Notes under the pieces: generated by a model
What the model saw: only the letters and a program-made list of their open reading frames with translations
Told to the model about the DNA's origin: nothing
Database searches by the model: none
In this document: in pieces, positions 41,633-52,180 of the stretch
How positions within the stretch are numbered: the stretch's first letter is position 1
How the letters are laid out: the number at the start of each line of letters is the position of its first letter
NCBI RefSeq assembly: GCF_001194135.2
Contig: NC_068997.1
Location: 42,133,620-42,193,138, forward strand
Direction: 5' to 3'
DNA from: Octopus bimaculoides
Lineage: Eukaryota
Length of the DNA stretch: 59,519 nucleotides
Position numbers and translations under genes: made by a program

Positions 41633-43018
41633 AGGTTGCAGGTTGGATGTAAGATGTGATATCAAGTCGATATGATGTAGCCCACTACTAAATGTAACAT
41701 GTAGATGTAACATTTAAAGGTTCTTGTATATGAGTAACCAGTAAACATTGAAGAATCAATACCAAGAAGGAAGAAATATTATTTACATATATTTATTCAT
41801 TTGCCCAAGGGGTAGTTAAAGAGACAGTAGCAATTCTAGTAATAGGGACAAGGTTGGCTCACTGGTTAGTAGTTGATAGTGTTGAACAAGGTTGTCTGCT
41901 GTCAGTAGAGAGTGAAAGAGTAAAGAATGCACAGTGCTGGCCAGAAAGGAAGAAAGGATAAAGGTGACATCGTCTTTCTTTTGGCCAAAAGCCTCTCTTC
42001 AAATGTTGAGTGAAGGGAATTGCTGCTCTTGATCAAGGCTGACACGAAAGAGCATGTTGCTCATTTGTCTGGCTGACACAAAAGGGGAATAGATAGGAAA
42101 TTCTCTCTGTTATATAGACTCTGGTCAGTAATGTAGGTCAAACCCTAAACAAAGGACTGACCTTTCCTTGACCAGCACTGGTCCTAGGCCATGGAATGTT
42201 TCCTCATCAATCATCTAGTGTGGAGAGGATTTCCCCGCTTGTTTTAATAAGCAACAAGCAGGTAGATTTGGTTTCAAATCTCAGGCAGGGTCAAGCTAGA
42301 TCCCAAGCTAGATTCCATTTTTAAAACAGTGGGATAATATTTAAAAGAGATTTTATTGCTATTTCTATCAGGTCAACATAGAAGCCTCTCTCAGTCCTTG
42401 AGTAAGCAATGAAGCTGAAGACCTCTTTTTGCCAACTCTATTGATTATGAGAAAAAAGAAAACAATAATAGTTGACAACTCTCTGGTGATTCTTCTGACA
42501 TTCTATTATATATGCAATCTATACTAGTCAGGCCGGTGTCCTCATCTCGAGTGTTGCTTTTTACTATGTTTCAGTTGTTGTATACTCCAGCCTTCTTCAG
42601 ATGTCTTGTGTCAAACTCGCTTATTGTACTGGAATTTTGAAGGATGGAGCTGTACAACAGCCAAAATGTAGTGAAAGCAATAATCAAGTTGAAAACACAA
42701 GGCCGACATAATATAAATTCCTCATCTCTGAAATATAGAATTTTGACATTTTAATGAGACAGTCAACATTATTAAAAAACTTAAATCGTTGAAAAAAAAA
42801 ATGGTTAATTCACAGAAGATACTTGACTGACACATGTAAAATCAAGATTGCAAAAAAAAATACCAAGAATGAATTTTTATGCCCTTTCCTCTTTCTATTA
42901 TGGACTGCATCAGGAAGATTTCCATTGTATAGGAGAGGAATGGAATTAAGTGGATACTCCAAGACAGTGGAGTCCACAGACTTTCAGTGGTGGGTGGCAG
43001 TGTCTGTGATGTGTTTAA

Positions 43019-43233
43019 CCGTTTAGCATTTAAACTGGCCATACCTGGCCCAAATATTCTGTTTTATGTTCAAATTAGCCAGATCCAGCCTTTCACACTT
43101 ACCCTACAATGCCATTCTAAAAATACCAATTACATCAACGTAATCTCAAAGCTACGAGAGAAAGTATGATTAATTCAAAACAATGTGAATAAATAAGCAA
43201 CACATTTGAGAGAGTAATCTGAATGTTAAAGGG
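43019..43233. mobile_element. piggyBac-like MITE, ~215 bp
   Basis: TTAA|CCGTTTAGCATT ... GAATGTTAAAGGG|TTGA; same family as 46892-47481 and ~51065-51280. Confidence 0.65.
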
Positions 43234-44207
43234 TTGAACTATTATAAGGTTGTTGTGAAAAACATGTAGTTACATAGTTACAATATTTAGTCACCTGTAC
43301 CTTTCAATTTAGAGCTGAAACTGGGAAAATAGGTTTGTTATTAGTTAATAAAATTGACTTATTGAGTAGACAGACTTTTGCGAGTCCAAGAAAAAATCCT
43401 TTTAGAAAAAAGGACTCCTAGATATTAAAAAGGTTGGGAGCCACTACTTGAGGAGCAACTTATCCTCCTGGACTTTACTTCAATTGCTGTCAAGGAACAA
43501 TGTAGCAATTACCTTTGTACTATTTAATTACACAATGGTTGGATAGTTAAGAAGTTTGCCTTGCAATCACAAGGTTCCACGTTTGATCCCACTCTGTGAC
43601 AACTTGGGGCCAGCTTCTTCTATCATTGCCTCGGGTTAACCCAAGCTTTGTAAGTAAAATTAGGCAGGAGACTATGCAGAAGCCAATCAGATGAATTGTA
43701 CTTGTAATTCCAAGATCCAGTCTTGTCATACACACTGTGTCATGCTGATTCTGCCAGAGAATTATGTTAAGGGTACACATGTCTGTGGAATACTTAGCCA
43801 CTTACACTCCAATTCAATGACCAGATAATACATTGATCTAACAACTGAATCCTCATTGCTAAAATATTCAAACCAAAAAAGTTATTTGGAAACATTCAGA
43901 GAGGGAAAATGGAGGAAACATTCAGAGAGGGAAAATGGAATTTCTCTAAACCAATACAAGCAACAAGCAATGAACCATAATGGCACTTCAAACACAGTCA
44001 GTTACTTGACCTGATGGAAGTAATTATCAATTTATCTTATATCACACCTTACTGTCTTGGAAACATTGTATAATATAGTCCTGCACAACATTTAGATGAG
44101 ATGGTCAAAGCTGGAATGCCTTTGATTGTAGGTCTGCTGAACAACAATATCCAGCTAGGTCTGGGAGAAGAAATATTGGAAGAGATTGATGCCTTCACAA
44201 ATATGGT

Positions 44208-44670
44208 TTTCAAATTTTGGTACCAGGCAAGCAAGTTTCAGGAAGGGAGCAAGTCGATTACATCAATCTCAGGGATCAACAGCTTCTTATTTTATTGACC
44301 TGAAAATGATGAAAGACCAAGTTGACCTCGGTGGAAATTGAACTCGGAACAAAAAGATAGATGGAATATTGCCAAAGATTGTTTATCAATATTAGCAATG
44401 TAATTAACAAGTACAAAAAAAAAACAAAAACTCCAATGTGCGTATAATAAGGATAGAATAAATATTGGTTTCAAATTTTGGCAAAAGGTGAGTAATTTGT
44501 TGGGGAGGAGCTAAGTCAATTATATCAACCCCAGTGTTTAACTGGTACACAATTTATCAACCCTGAAAGGATGAAAGGCAAAGTCAACCTCAGAGGAATT
44601 TGAACGCAGAATGTAAAAACAGACAAAATACTGCAAAGTGTTTTGCCTGGCACGCTAACAATTCTGCTAG
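44208..44670 (-). mobile_element. Two adjacent family B SINE copies
   Basis: Each begins on the plus strand with ATGGTTT/ATTGGTTTCAAATTTTGG and carries TGAAA..GGATGAAAGGCAAAGTCAACCTC-like bodies. Confidence 0.7.
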
Positions 44671-45425
44671 AATAAACATCAAACTCTGATATAGGGGTGG
44701 TTTAGTTTATGCTGTAAAGAATAGAGAAATATACCAACCAATACACAGATATTGGTTGAGCTCAATAGTCCAGTACCTTAAATATTTGACCACTTAAAAT
44801 ACTCACATTAAAACATTCAACATATTTTTTTACTCCTAGGTCCAACTATAGCTCTGTCGTTGAGAAGTTTGCTTCCTGACCACATGGTTGCAGGTTCTCA
44901 GTCCCACTGTATGACACCATGAGCAAGGATCTTCTACAATAGCCTCAGGCTGACCAAAGCCTTCATCATCACCGTCATCGTCATTTAACATCCGTTTTCC
45001 ATGCTGGCATGGGTTGGACAGTTTGACAGGAGCTGGCTAAGCAGAATACTGCACTGGGGTTCGCTATCTGTTTTGGCATGATTCTTACGGTTGGATATCC
45101 TTCCAAACACCAACCACCCCAGAGGGGACCTTATGAGCAGATATTTTAATTTGGAAACTAAAAGAAGCCTGTGGTATATATGTGTGTATGTTTGTGTTTC
45201 CTTGTCTTCACATTGTGTGATTATTGTAAATCAATCATTTCCAAATATTGTGAAAATTATTTGCTTAACAATTACTTTAAAAACAGAAATAGCATTTATT
45301 TGCAATGAGAGATCATGTACAATAAAATAAATAAACTAAAAACAAAAATATTATCTTTCATTATTGTCTGTTTTTACTGATTTTTGTTTTTCATTTTTGT
45401 GTTTTCTTGCTCTTTTTTTTAACTT

Positions 45426-45445
45426 TTTATTTTAAAAAATTTATT
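45426..45445 (-). terminator. Two AATAAA polyadenylation signals just downstream of the FMC1 stop codon
   Basis: Plus-strand TTTATT at 45440-45445 and 45426-45431, within ~45 nt of the stop; T-rich sequence follows on the minus strand. Confidence 0.6.
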
Positions 45446-45468
45446 CCAAGTCCTTTTCTTATTCCAGT

Positions 45469-45570
45469 TCAAGTTTCAGGCACAGGATTCTTGGGTAACT
45501 TCAGACCAACTAGTTCAGCACTAGCTTCAACACTTCTTTCACCAGCTCCTTTGTACATGTCTGTCACCTC
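45469..45570 (-). CDS. FMC1: FMC1 homolog, last coding exon: EVTDMYKGAGERSVEASAELVGLKLPKNPVPET*
   Basis: Acceptor ttgtAG|GAG, phase 0, TGA at 45469-45471. GERSVEASAELVGLKLP matches recalled human GERSVEESAGLVGLKLP. Spliced product is 107 aa. Confidence 0.93.
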   Translation of the reverse strand, partial: EVTDMYKGAGERSVEASAELVGLKLPKNPVPET

Positions 45571-45731
45571 CTACAATGTAATAAGCAGAATGTAAACATC
45601 ACTTAAATAGTCAAAAAAAAATTACAGCATTTAACAATATTGTTTTTACTTATGTTCACTACTTATAAAAGAATTACAATGAAACACTCATTCAATACTA
45701 AGATATCAACTACACACATAGAAAGACATCA

Positions 45732-46000
45732 TATTGGTTTCAAATTTTGGCACAAGGCCAGCAAATTCAGGGAAGGGTTAAGTTGATTACATCAACTCCA
45801 GTGCTCAACTGGTACTTATTTTATTGACCTCGAAAGGATGAAAGGCAAAGTCAATCATAGCAGAATGTGAACTCAGAACATGAAGACAGATAAAATACCA
45901 CTAAGCATTTTGCCTGGTGTACTAACTATTCTGCTAGCCCACCACCTTTATTTCAAATTTTGGCACAAAGCCAGCAAATTTGGGGGAGGGGGTAAGTCAG
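45732..46000 (-). mobile_element. Family B SINE plus a second partial tail, FMC1 intron 2
   Basis: Same motifs as 44208-44670. Confidence 0.7.
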
Positions 46001-46891
46001 TTACATTGCCCCACATTACTGTTTATTATCCTTACTACTTGAATCTCTTTCAAGATTTTAAAACCAGCTACTTTAGCTTGTGGCAATATCAGCGACTGAA
46101 TGTAAATGAACAACGATGCTTCTGCCACTGATGAAAGGATGATTTGATGCCAACATCCTGTTTCTTTTCTCAAAATCACAGATCACAAGAATATAATATT
46201 TAAGTGACGTTCTTTCAGTTTTGATTCTAAATATGATAAATACTTTTACTAAACATAAACATAATTTATTCATAATTAAAACATTTAACGAATTAGACTA
46301 ATTGCAAAGCAAAAACACAGACTTTTAAAAGAATATATTGTTCTATTTGGGGAGATGATAGACGTTGAGGAAAAGTGAACATTTCAGCTGAAGTTATCTC
46401 CCCTGAACATTACATCACAAACACTACAACTTTTAAGCGTTGATTCCTAAAGCGGGAGCTGTCACCCTCTAAGTGGTGGAGTGCGTGGCAGGAATGTCAA
46501 CTTTAGAAATCATTAATTTAGACACTGAGGGGCGCTAGATGGCAAGTCACGGTAAGAAGCGTTAAAAAAAAAAAAACCCAGGGATAATGAGGGAACAAGG
46601 GGCATAGATATAAAATGGTAGTTGATAGTAAAACCTGCAATAAGCACAATCGTTGTTTTCATTCAACGAAAAATGGGGAAAAAAATAATATATACATTTA
46701 TAATAATATTTTCATAGGTAGGTAGAACCAAAGAAGAAACGTCAACAGAACAGTATCAAATATTTAAAATACAGCTTTATTCTATCACCAACAAACAAGC
46801 TATTACAAATTTGCTTGATTTGCCAAAAACTGCTTTCATTGCATCTAAGAGACTTTCAAGATAAGAACAGAAACAGTCTATCTTATTTTAA

Positions 46892-47481
46892 CCCTTTAAC
46901 ATTCTGATTATTTTATTAAATGTGTTGTGTGTTGGCACTCCGTCGAGGGTTCCAGTTGATCCGATCAATGGAACAGCCTGCTCATGAAATTAACGTGCAA
47001 GTGGCTGAGCACTCCACAGACACGTGTATCCTTAACGTAGTTCTCGGGGATATTCAGCGTGACACAGTGTGACAAGGCTGACCCTTTGAATTACAGGCAC
47101 AGGAAGTAAGAGTGAGAGAAAGTTGTGGTGAAAGAGTACAGCAGGGTTCAACACCATCCCCTGCCGGAGCCTCGTGGAGCTTTGGGTGTTTTCGCTCAAT
47201 AAACACTCACAAGGCCCAGTCTGGGAATTGAAACCGCGATCCTATGACCGCGAGTCCGCTGCCTTAATCACTGGGCCATTGCGCCTCCACATTATTAAAT
47301 GTAATGCTTATTAATCCACATAGTTTTGAATTAATCCTGCATTATTCCATAGCTTCAAGATTTTGATGTTAGGGTAGTTAATGACATTGTAGGGTAGGTG
47401 TGAAGGGCCAGATATGGTCAGTTTGAACATAAAGTAGGGAAAATATTTTGGCTGGAAATGGATGGTTTAAACACTAGAGGG
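46892..47481. mobile_element. piggyBac-like MITE interrupted by a family C SINE
   Basis: TTAA|CCCTTTAACATT ... ACACTAGAGGG|TTAA; ~211 bp once the SINE and one TSD are removed, matching the 43019 copy. Confidence 0.7.
46924..47291 (-). mobile_element. SINE family C, full length, with 11-bp target site duplication
   Basis: Head GGAGGCGCAATGGCCCAGTGATTAAGGCAGCGGACTC...GGTTTCAATTCCC (A and B boxes); TSD TTATTAAATGT at 46913-46923 and 47292-47302. Possibly one of the published octopus OR/OK SINEs (not verifiable here). Confidence 0.85.
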
Positions 47482-47717
47482 TTAAAGCATTCGAACACTA
47501 ATTTTGCAAACAACTGACATCAATGCAAGAAGATGATGGCTTCCATGCTGATCCAGAAAATAAAATACTCTTGACAAGAAATTTACCCGACCAGCTGTGA
47601 ACGGAGTTCTGTGTACCATGTTGCATAAACCAGTAACTGACATTATAAAATTCCTTGCAGCAATAATACAATACACTGACAAACCATTGGAAAAAGAAAG
47701 GATGTTGAAAACACATT

Positions 47718-48122
47718 ACTCTTTTACTTGTTTCAGTCATTTGACTGCGGCCATGCTGGAGCACTGCCTTTAGTCGAGCAAATCAACCCCAGGACTTATA
47801 CTTTGTCAGTCTAGTACTTATTCTATCGGTCTCTTTTGCCAAATCGCTAAGTTACGGGGGACGTAAACACACCACCATCGGTTGTCAAGCAATGTTGGGG
47901 GGACAAACACAGACACACAAACATATACACACACATACATGTATATATACATATATACAATGTGCTTCTTTCAGTTTCCGTCTACCAAATCCACTCACAA
48001 GGCTTTGGTCCGCCCGAAGCTATAATAGAAGACAATTCCCCAAGGTGCCACGCAGTGTGAATGAACCCGGAACCATGTGGTTGGTAAGCAAGCTACTTAC
48101 CACACAGCCACTCCTGCGCCTA
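47718..48122 (-). mobile_element. SINE family A, full length, FMC1 intron 2
   Basis: Reverse complement closely matches 48699-49131 and 8502-8910. Confidence 0.85.
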
Positions 48123-48698
48123 CAATGTTTTTGAAGACTGTCTCATTTTTGTAACAACTGGATGAATTAACTCTACCAAAGAATGCAAACTTATTATTTA
48201 GCTTGGGTTCAGTATACAAAAGATATATTATCAAGAGATATTATCTGTTAGTCGTTTAGTAACAGATGCTAAAGGAGAGTTGGTATTTATGGAAGAGTTC
48301 TTTAAAGAAAGAGTGAGTCCTCAAACAAAAAGATGACAGTGGGAACTGCTGAAGCTCCATCAATGGGGATGGCCACCATGGATTCAGTTCATACACACCA
48401 AAGTCAGTGCTTAGTATATTGGCAATGCATAGAGTAAGCCATCAACCTTAGGGATCGCTTACATTATTCATTACAATTAACAAAATTAGGAATAATTTTC
48501 TCAACAACTGATTATTCAGAAAGCAGTGTAAACAAAACAATGAAGATTTTAATCATTCCCAGTTTCACACTGAAATTTGCTGGTTGTTGAATGGTACCTG
48601 TCTTAGTTGGTATTAGAGTCATTTTGAAATGGCTTTGGATTTCTTTGAAAATAAAGATGCTTTCATGCAAGAAGTTTATAAGTAACGTAGTTAATACA

Positions 48699-48865
48699 TA
48701 GGCGCAGGAGTGGCTGTGTGGTAAGTAGCTTTGTTACCAACCACATGGTTCCGGGCTCAGTCCCACTGCGTGGCACCTTAGGCAAATGTCTTCTACTATA
48801 GCCTCGGGCCGACCAAAGCATTGTGAGCGGATTTGGTAGACAGAAACTGAAAGAAGCCCGTTGCA

Positions 48866-48922
<57 letters not shown>

Positions 48923-49131
48923 ATATGTTTGTGTGTCTGTGTTTGTCCTCCCAACATCGCTTGACAACCAATGCTGGTGTGTTTATGTCCCCGTAACTTA
49001 GTGCTTCGGCAAAAGAGACCGATAGAATAAGTACTAGGCTGACAAAGAATAAGTCCTGGGGTCGATTTGATTCGACTGAAGGCAGTGCTCCAGCATGGCT
49101 GCAGTCAAATGATTGAAACAAGTAAAAGAGT
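48699..49131 (+). mobile_element. SINE family A, full length, FMC1 intron 2
   Basis: Complete head, (TA)n core and tail. Confidence 0.85.
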
Positions 49132-49135
49132 AATA

Positions 49136-49331
49136 CAGGGCATTCATAAATTAATTTTAAAACTTCCACAATTTATTGTATTGTATCATCTAGATGTACT
49201 GCATGCAAGCAATGGAGCCCACGTAGAAGTGTTCAGATGTTTCTAATAAGACTTTATATGTTTGTCAACAAACTGAGTTAGCCTTATTTTTCCTGAATTT
49301 TTCAATTGTTCAGAAAATTATGGACACCCTG
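49136..49331. mobile_element. Tc1/mariner-type MITE, 196 bp
   Basis: TA|CAGGGCATTCATAA left; right end reverse-complements to TA|CAGGGTGTCCATAA. Confidence 0.65.
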
Positions 49332-50329
49332 TATACTTTTATATGTGCATTTGCTTCAAAATCTATTCTGCACAAACACAGCCTGTGGAAGAGTTTCTGG
49401 GTCTGTCTGCATTCAAGGAAAAGACAAAACTACATGACGACATTCAGGTGTACTTTTATCATAAGGAGTTCCTCATACTACTGTCTACTTTCATTATTTA
49501 TCAAGTAATGAAACCGTTTGGTTATATTTCAATCAAAATGGACAATTTAAGAGGATTCTTGACATAATGTCATTGGCATAGCACTGTATTTATGATCATG
49601 GCATCTCAAACAAACTTAGCAATAAATATCTTCAGTAGGTGAGGTTTACTGCTTTAATAGACAAATGTTTTTCTAACTTGCAGTACTGAATTTAAATCCT
49701 ACTACAAGTATAGCTTGAGGAAGGATAGAAATTCTGACAGATTAAGTTCTTATAGATACACTACATGAAGATGAACTCTTTAGGAGTGATCCAATGCAAT
49801 GCATTGCCCCAACAAATAGTAATGGGAATCTCTCAAAAGAAATTTGCAGGATGTTTATGTCAGTTCACAGGAGTAATTTGCAGGCTTTTTCTTCTTTATG
49901 TTAGCATAAAATAAAATAAAAGTGATATTGGTTTCAAATTTCAGCATAAGGCCAGCATTTTCAGGGAAGGGGTTAAATCAATTAAACGACCTCAATGCAC
50001 AAATGGTACTTGTTTTATTGACCCCAAGAGGATGAAAGGCAAAGTCAACCTCAGCGGAATTTGAACTCAGAATGTAAGTGATGCTAAGTATTTTACCCCA
50101 CACGGTAACAATTCTTCCAGCTTGCCTCCTTAGCATAAAATAAAAGTGATATTGAAAAAAAAAAAAAAAAAGTAGGACCCCATCTACTTTACTAAGGTAC
50201 ACCTAAGGTATGAACAAATTGTTTTAGTACAAATAAAGCATATTACCAGCACATTTGATGTTGCTTCATTACCTAATTAATGAACTTATTCCCCTGTGTA
50301 ATGGTTCTAAATTAGTTTTTGAATGTTGG

Positions 50330-50770
50330 GCCTTACAGAGGCAATGACAAGTGACCAAAACCTTTGGCAATATGCCATGCTTGAGAAGACTCATTAAACC
50401 AAGTTAAATCAGTCGTGGCTGAAGCCAGTGTCATGTAACTGGTAGCACATAAAAAGCACCCCTTCAACTCTGGGCCTCAGAGGCAGTGACAATGACTGAG
50501 ACCTTTGGTGATATACTGCGCTTGAGAAGACCTGTCAAGCCAAATGAGATTGTAGTTGTGGCTGATGCTGGTGTTTCATAACTGGCATGTAAATAGCACC
50601 CACTACACTCTTGGAGTGATTGGTGTTAGGAAGGGCATCTAGCTCAAGAATCCATATCAAACCAGATTGGAACCTGGTGCAGCTCCCCAGCTTACCAGTT
50701 TTCAGTCAAACCATCCAACCCATACCAGCATGGAAAGCAGATGTTAGATGATGATGATGATGATGATGAT
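50330..50770 (+). mobile_element. RTE-related 3' fragment with a duplicated unit and (GAT)n tail
   Basis: Same unit as 12660-12930, present twice. Confidence 0.7.
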
Positions 50771-52030
50771 TACAGTTCCAGGCAATATTTTAGTTTGACA
50801 GAAATGCTGTTAATGAGAATGCTAGTTCCTGCCACCAAGCTAAACGATGCACCCTGTCAAATACCTTCTTTCTTAGGGCACAAAAGGTTTTGTAAAATGG
50901 GAGAGATACAGTTGAATAACTTATCTATTTGGTGATGAATGACCTTCCCTTTTCAGTGTCAGTAATTATCATCAACAAGTAATGACCTTTTCTGACTACA
51001 ATTACATGAATGAAAGGAATCTACTGAGAGTCATCATTTCTACATTTCAACCGAAGTTGCAATATGTAACATTTAAACTGGCCATATCTGGATAGAATAT
51101 TCTACCTGTTCTATGTTCAACTGACTAGATCTGACATGATACACCTACCCTACAATGCCATTCTAAAAGTAAACAATCTCATTATTGAAATCTTGAAGTT
51201 ATGAGATAGCGTATGATTAATTTCAAAGGAATGAATAAATAAGCATTACATTTGACAGAATAATCAGAATGCTGAAGAATTAAGTTTGTTTTAGGGTAGA
51301 GTCATTAGAGCATAGGACAAGATGCATAGTAGTATCTGTTCTGGCTCTCTTCACTCTGAGTTCAAATCCCACTGAAGCCAACCTTGACTTTCATCCTTTC
51401 AGGCCTGATAAAACAAAGCACCATTCCATGGTATTGGATTAGTTGAATTGTCAAAGCATCAAACAAAAATCTTTGCAGTGTTTGTTACATTTCTTTGCAT
51501 TCAAAGTTCTTAGGTGGTAGGCATAATCCACTTCCCAGTTTAACACCACCAGGTACTCAGGTGCCTTTAATAGAGATTACCATTACAAGCACCCAAGTCT
51601 TTGTCTTGAGGATTATTTGATTATTTCTTCCTTTCCAGTCACCAAATCTCAAGATCTGGAGAAATAAATTTTCCTTGGCACTACCCTTCCCTCCCTGACT
51701 GAAACACATGATCATTTGATCGACCAGACTATCAAATGTCATACATCACTGGTCACAATGCGTTTTGCATCGTTTTAGCTTTTGATAAGTAGTGTCATCT
51801 GCTGCCAATATTTTGTGAGAATATGTCTAAGCCATGCTGAAGTATTACTTTGCTTGGAAACAGATGAGGCTTGGTGACAGGAAAGGCATTCAGCTGTAGA
51901 AAATCTGTCCAGGCCACAGGTAAAATAAAACTGTCCAGCATGGAAAAGTGGATGTTATGATGATGATGATGATGATGATGATGATGCACATCTCATTCTA
52001 ATGTAAATAATATTTATTTTGGTAACTTAC

Positions 52031-52180
52031 CTGAAGTAGCCGAGAACTTTCCAGAAAAGTAAGGTATGTCATTGCTTGATACTGAAGATCTGTTTTACTA
52101 CGACAATATTTTTCACTGGTTACACTTGATTTATGGAACTGATCTTTCATGTAGAGATAGGATGGAGACTGATATAGGCC
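52031..52180 (-). CDS. FMC1: FMC1 homolog, coding exon 2: GLYQSPSYLYMKDQFHKSSVTSEKYCRSKTDLQYQAMTYLTFLESSRLLQ
   Basis: 150-nt open frame, phase 0 at both ends, strong donor CAG|GTAAGT, long pyrimidine tract upstream. VTSEKYCR..DLQYQAMTYL matches recalled human VTSEKLCRAQHELHFQAATYL. The acceptor is either GAG (exon start 52180) or CAG (exon start 52168). Confidence 0.92.

Noticed and set aside
47587-47675. Exon-like segment (AG...CGG|GTAAAT) in FMC1 intron 2
   Set aside because: Exons 2 and 3 already join without a gap against FMC1; in phase 0 this segment hits a stop and I recognise no homology.
51480-51745. Minus frame continuing past a TGA (IKGT*VPGG...), considered as a selenocysteine read-through
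   Set aside because: No resemblance to any selenoprotein family I know, no SECIS identified, and it is intronic.
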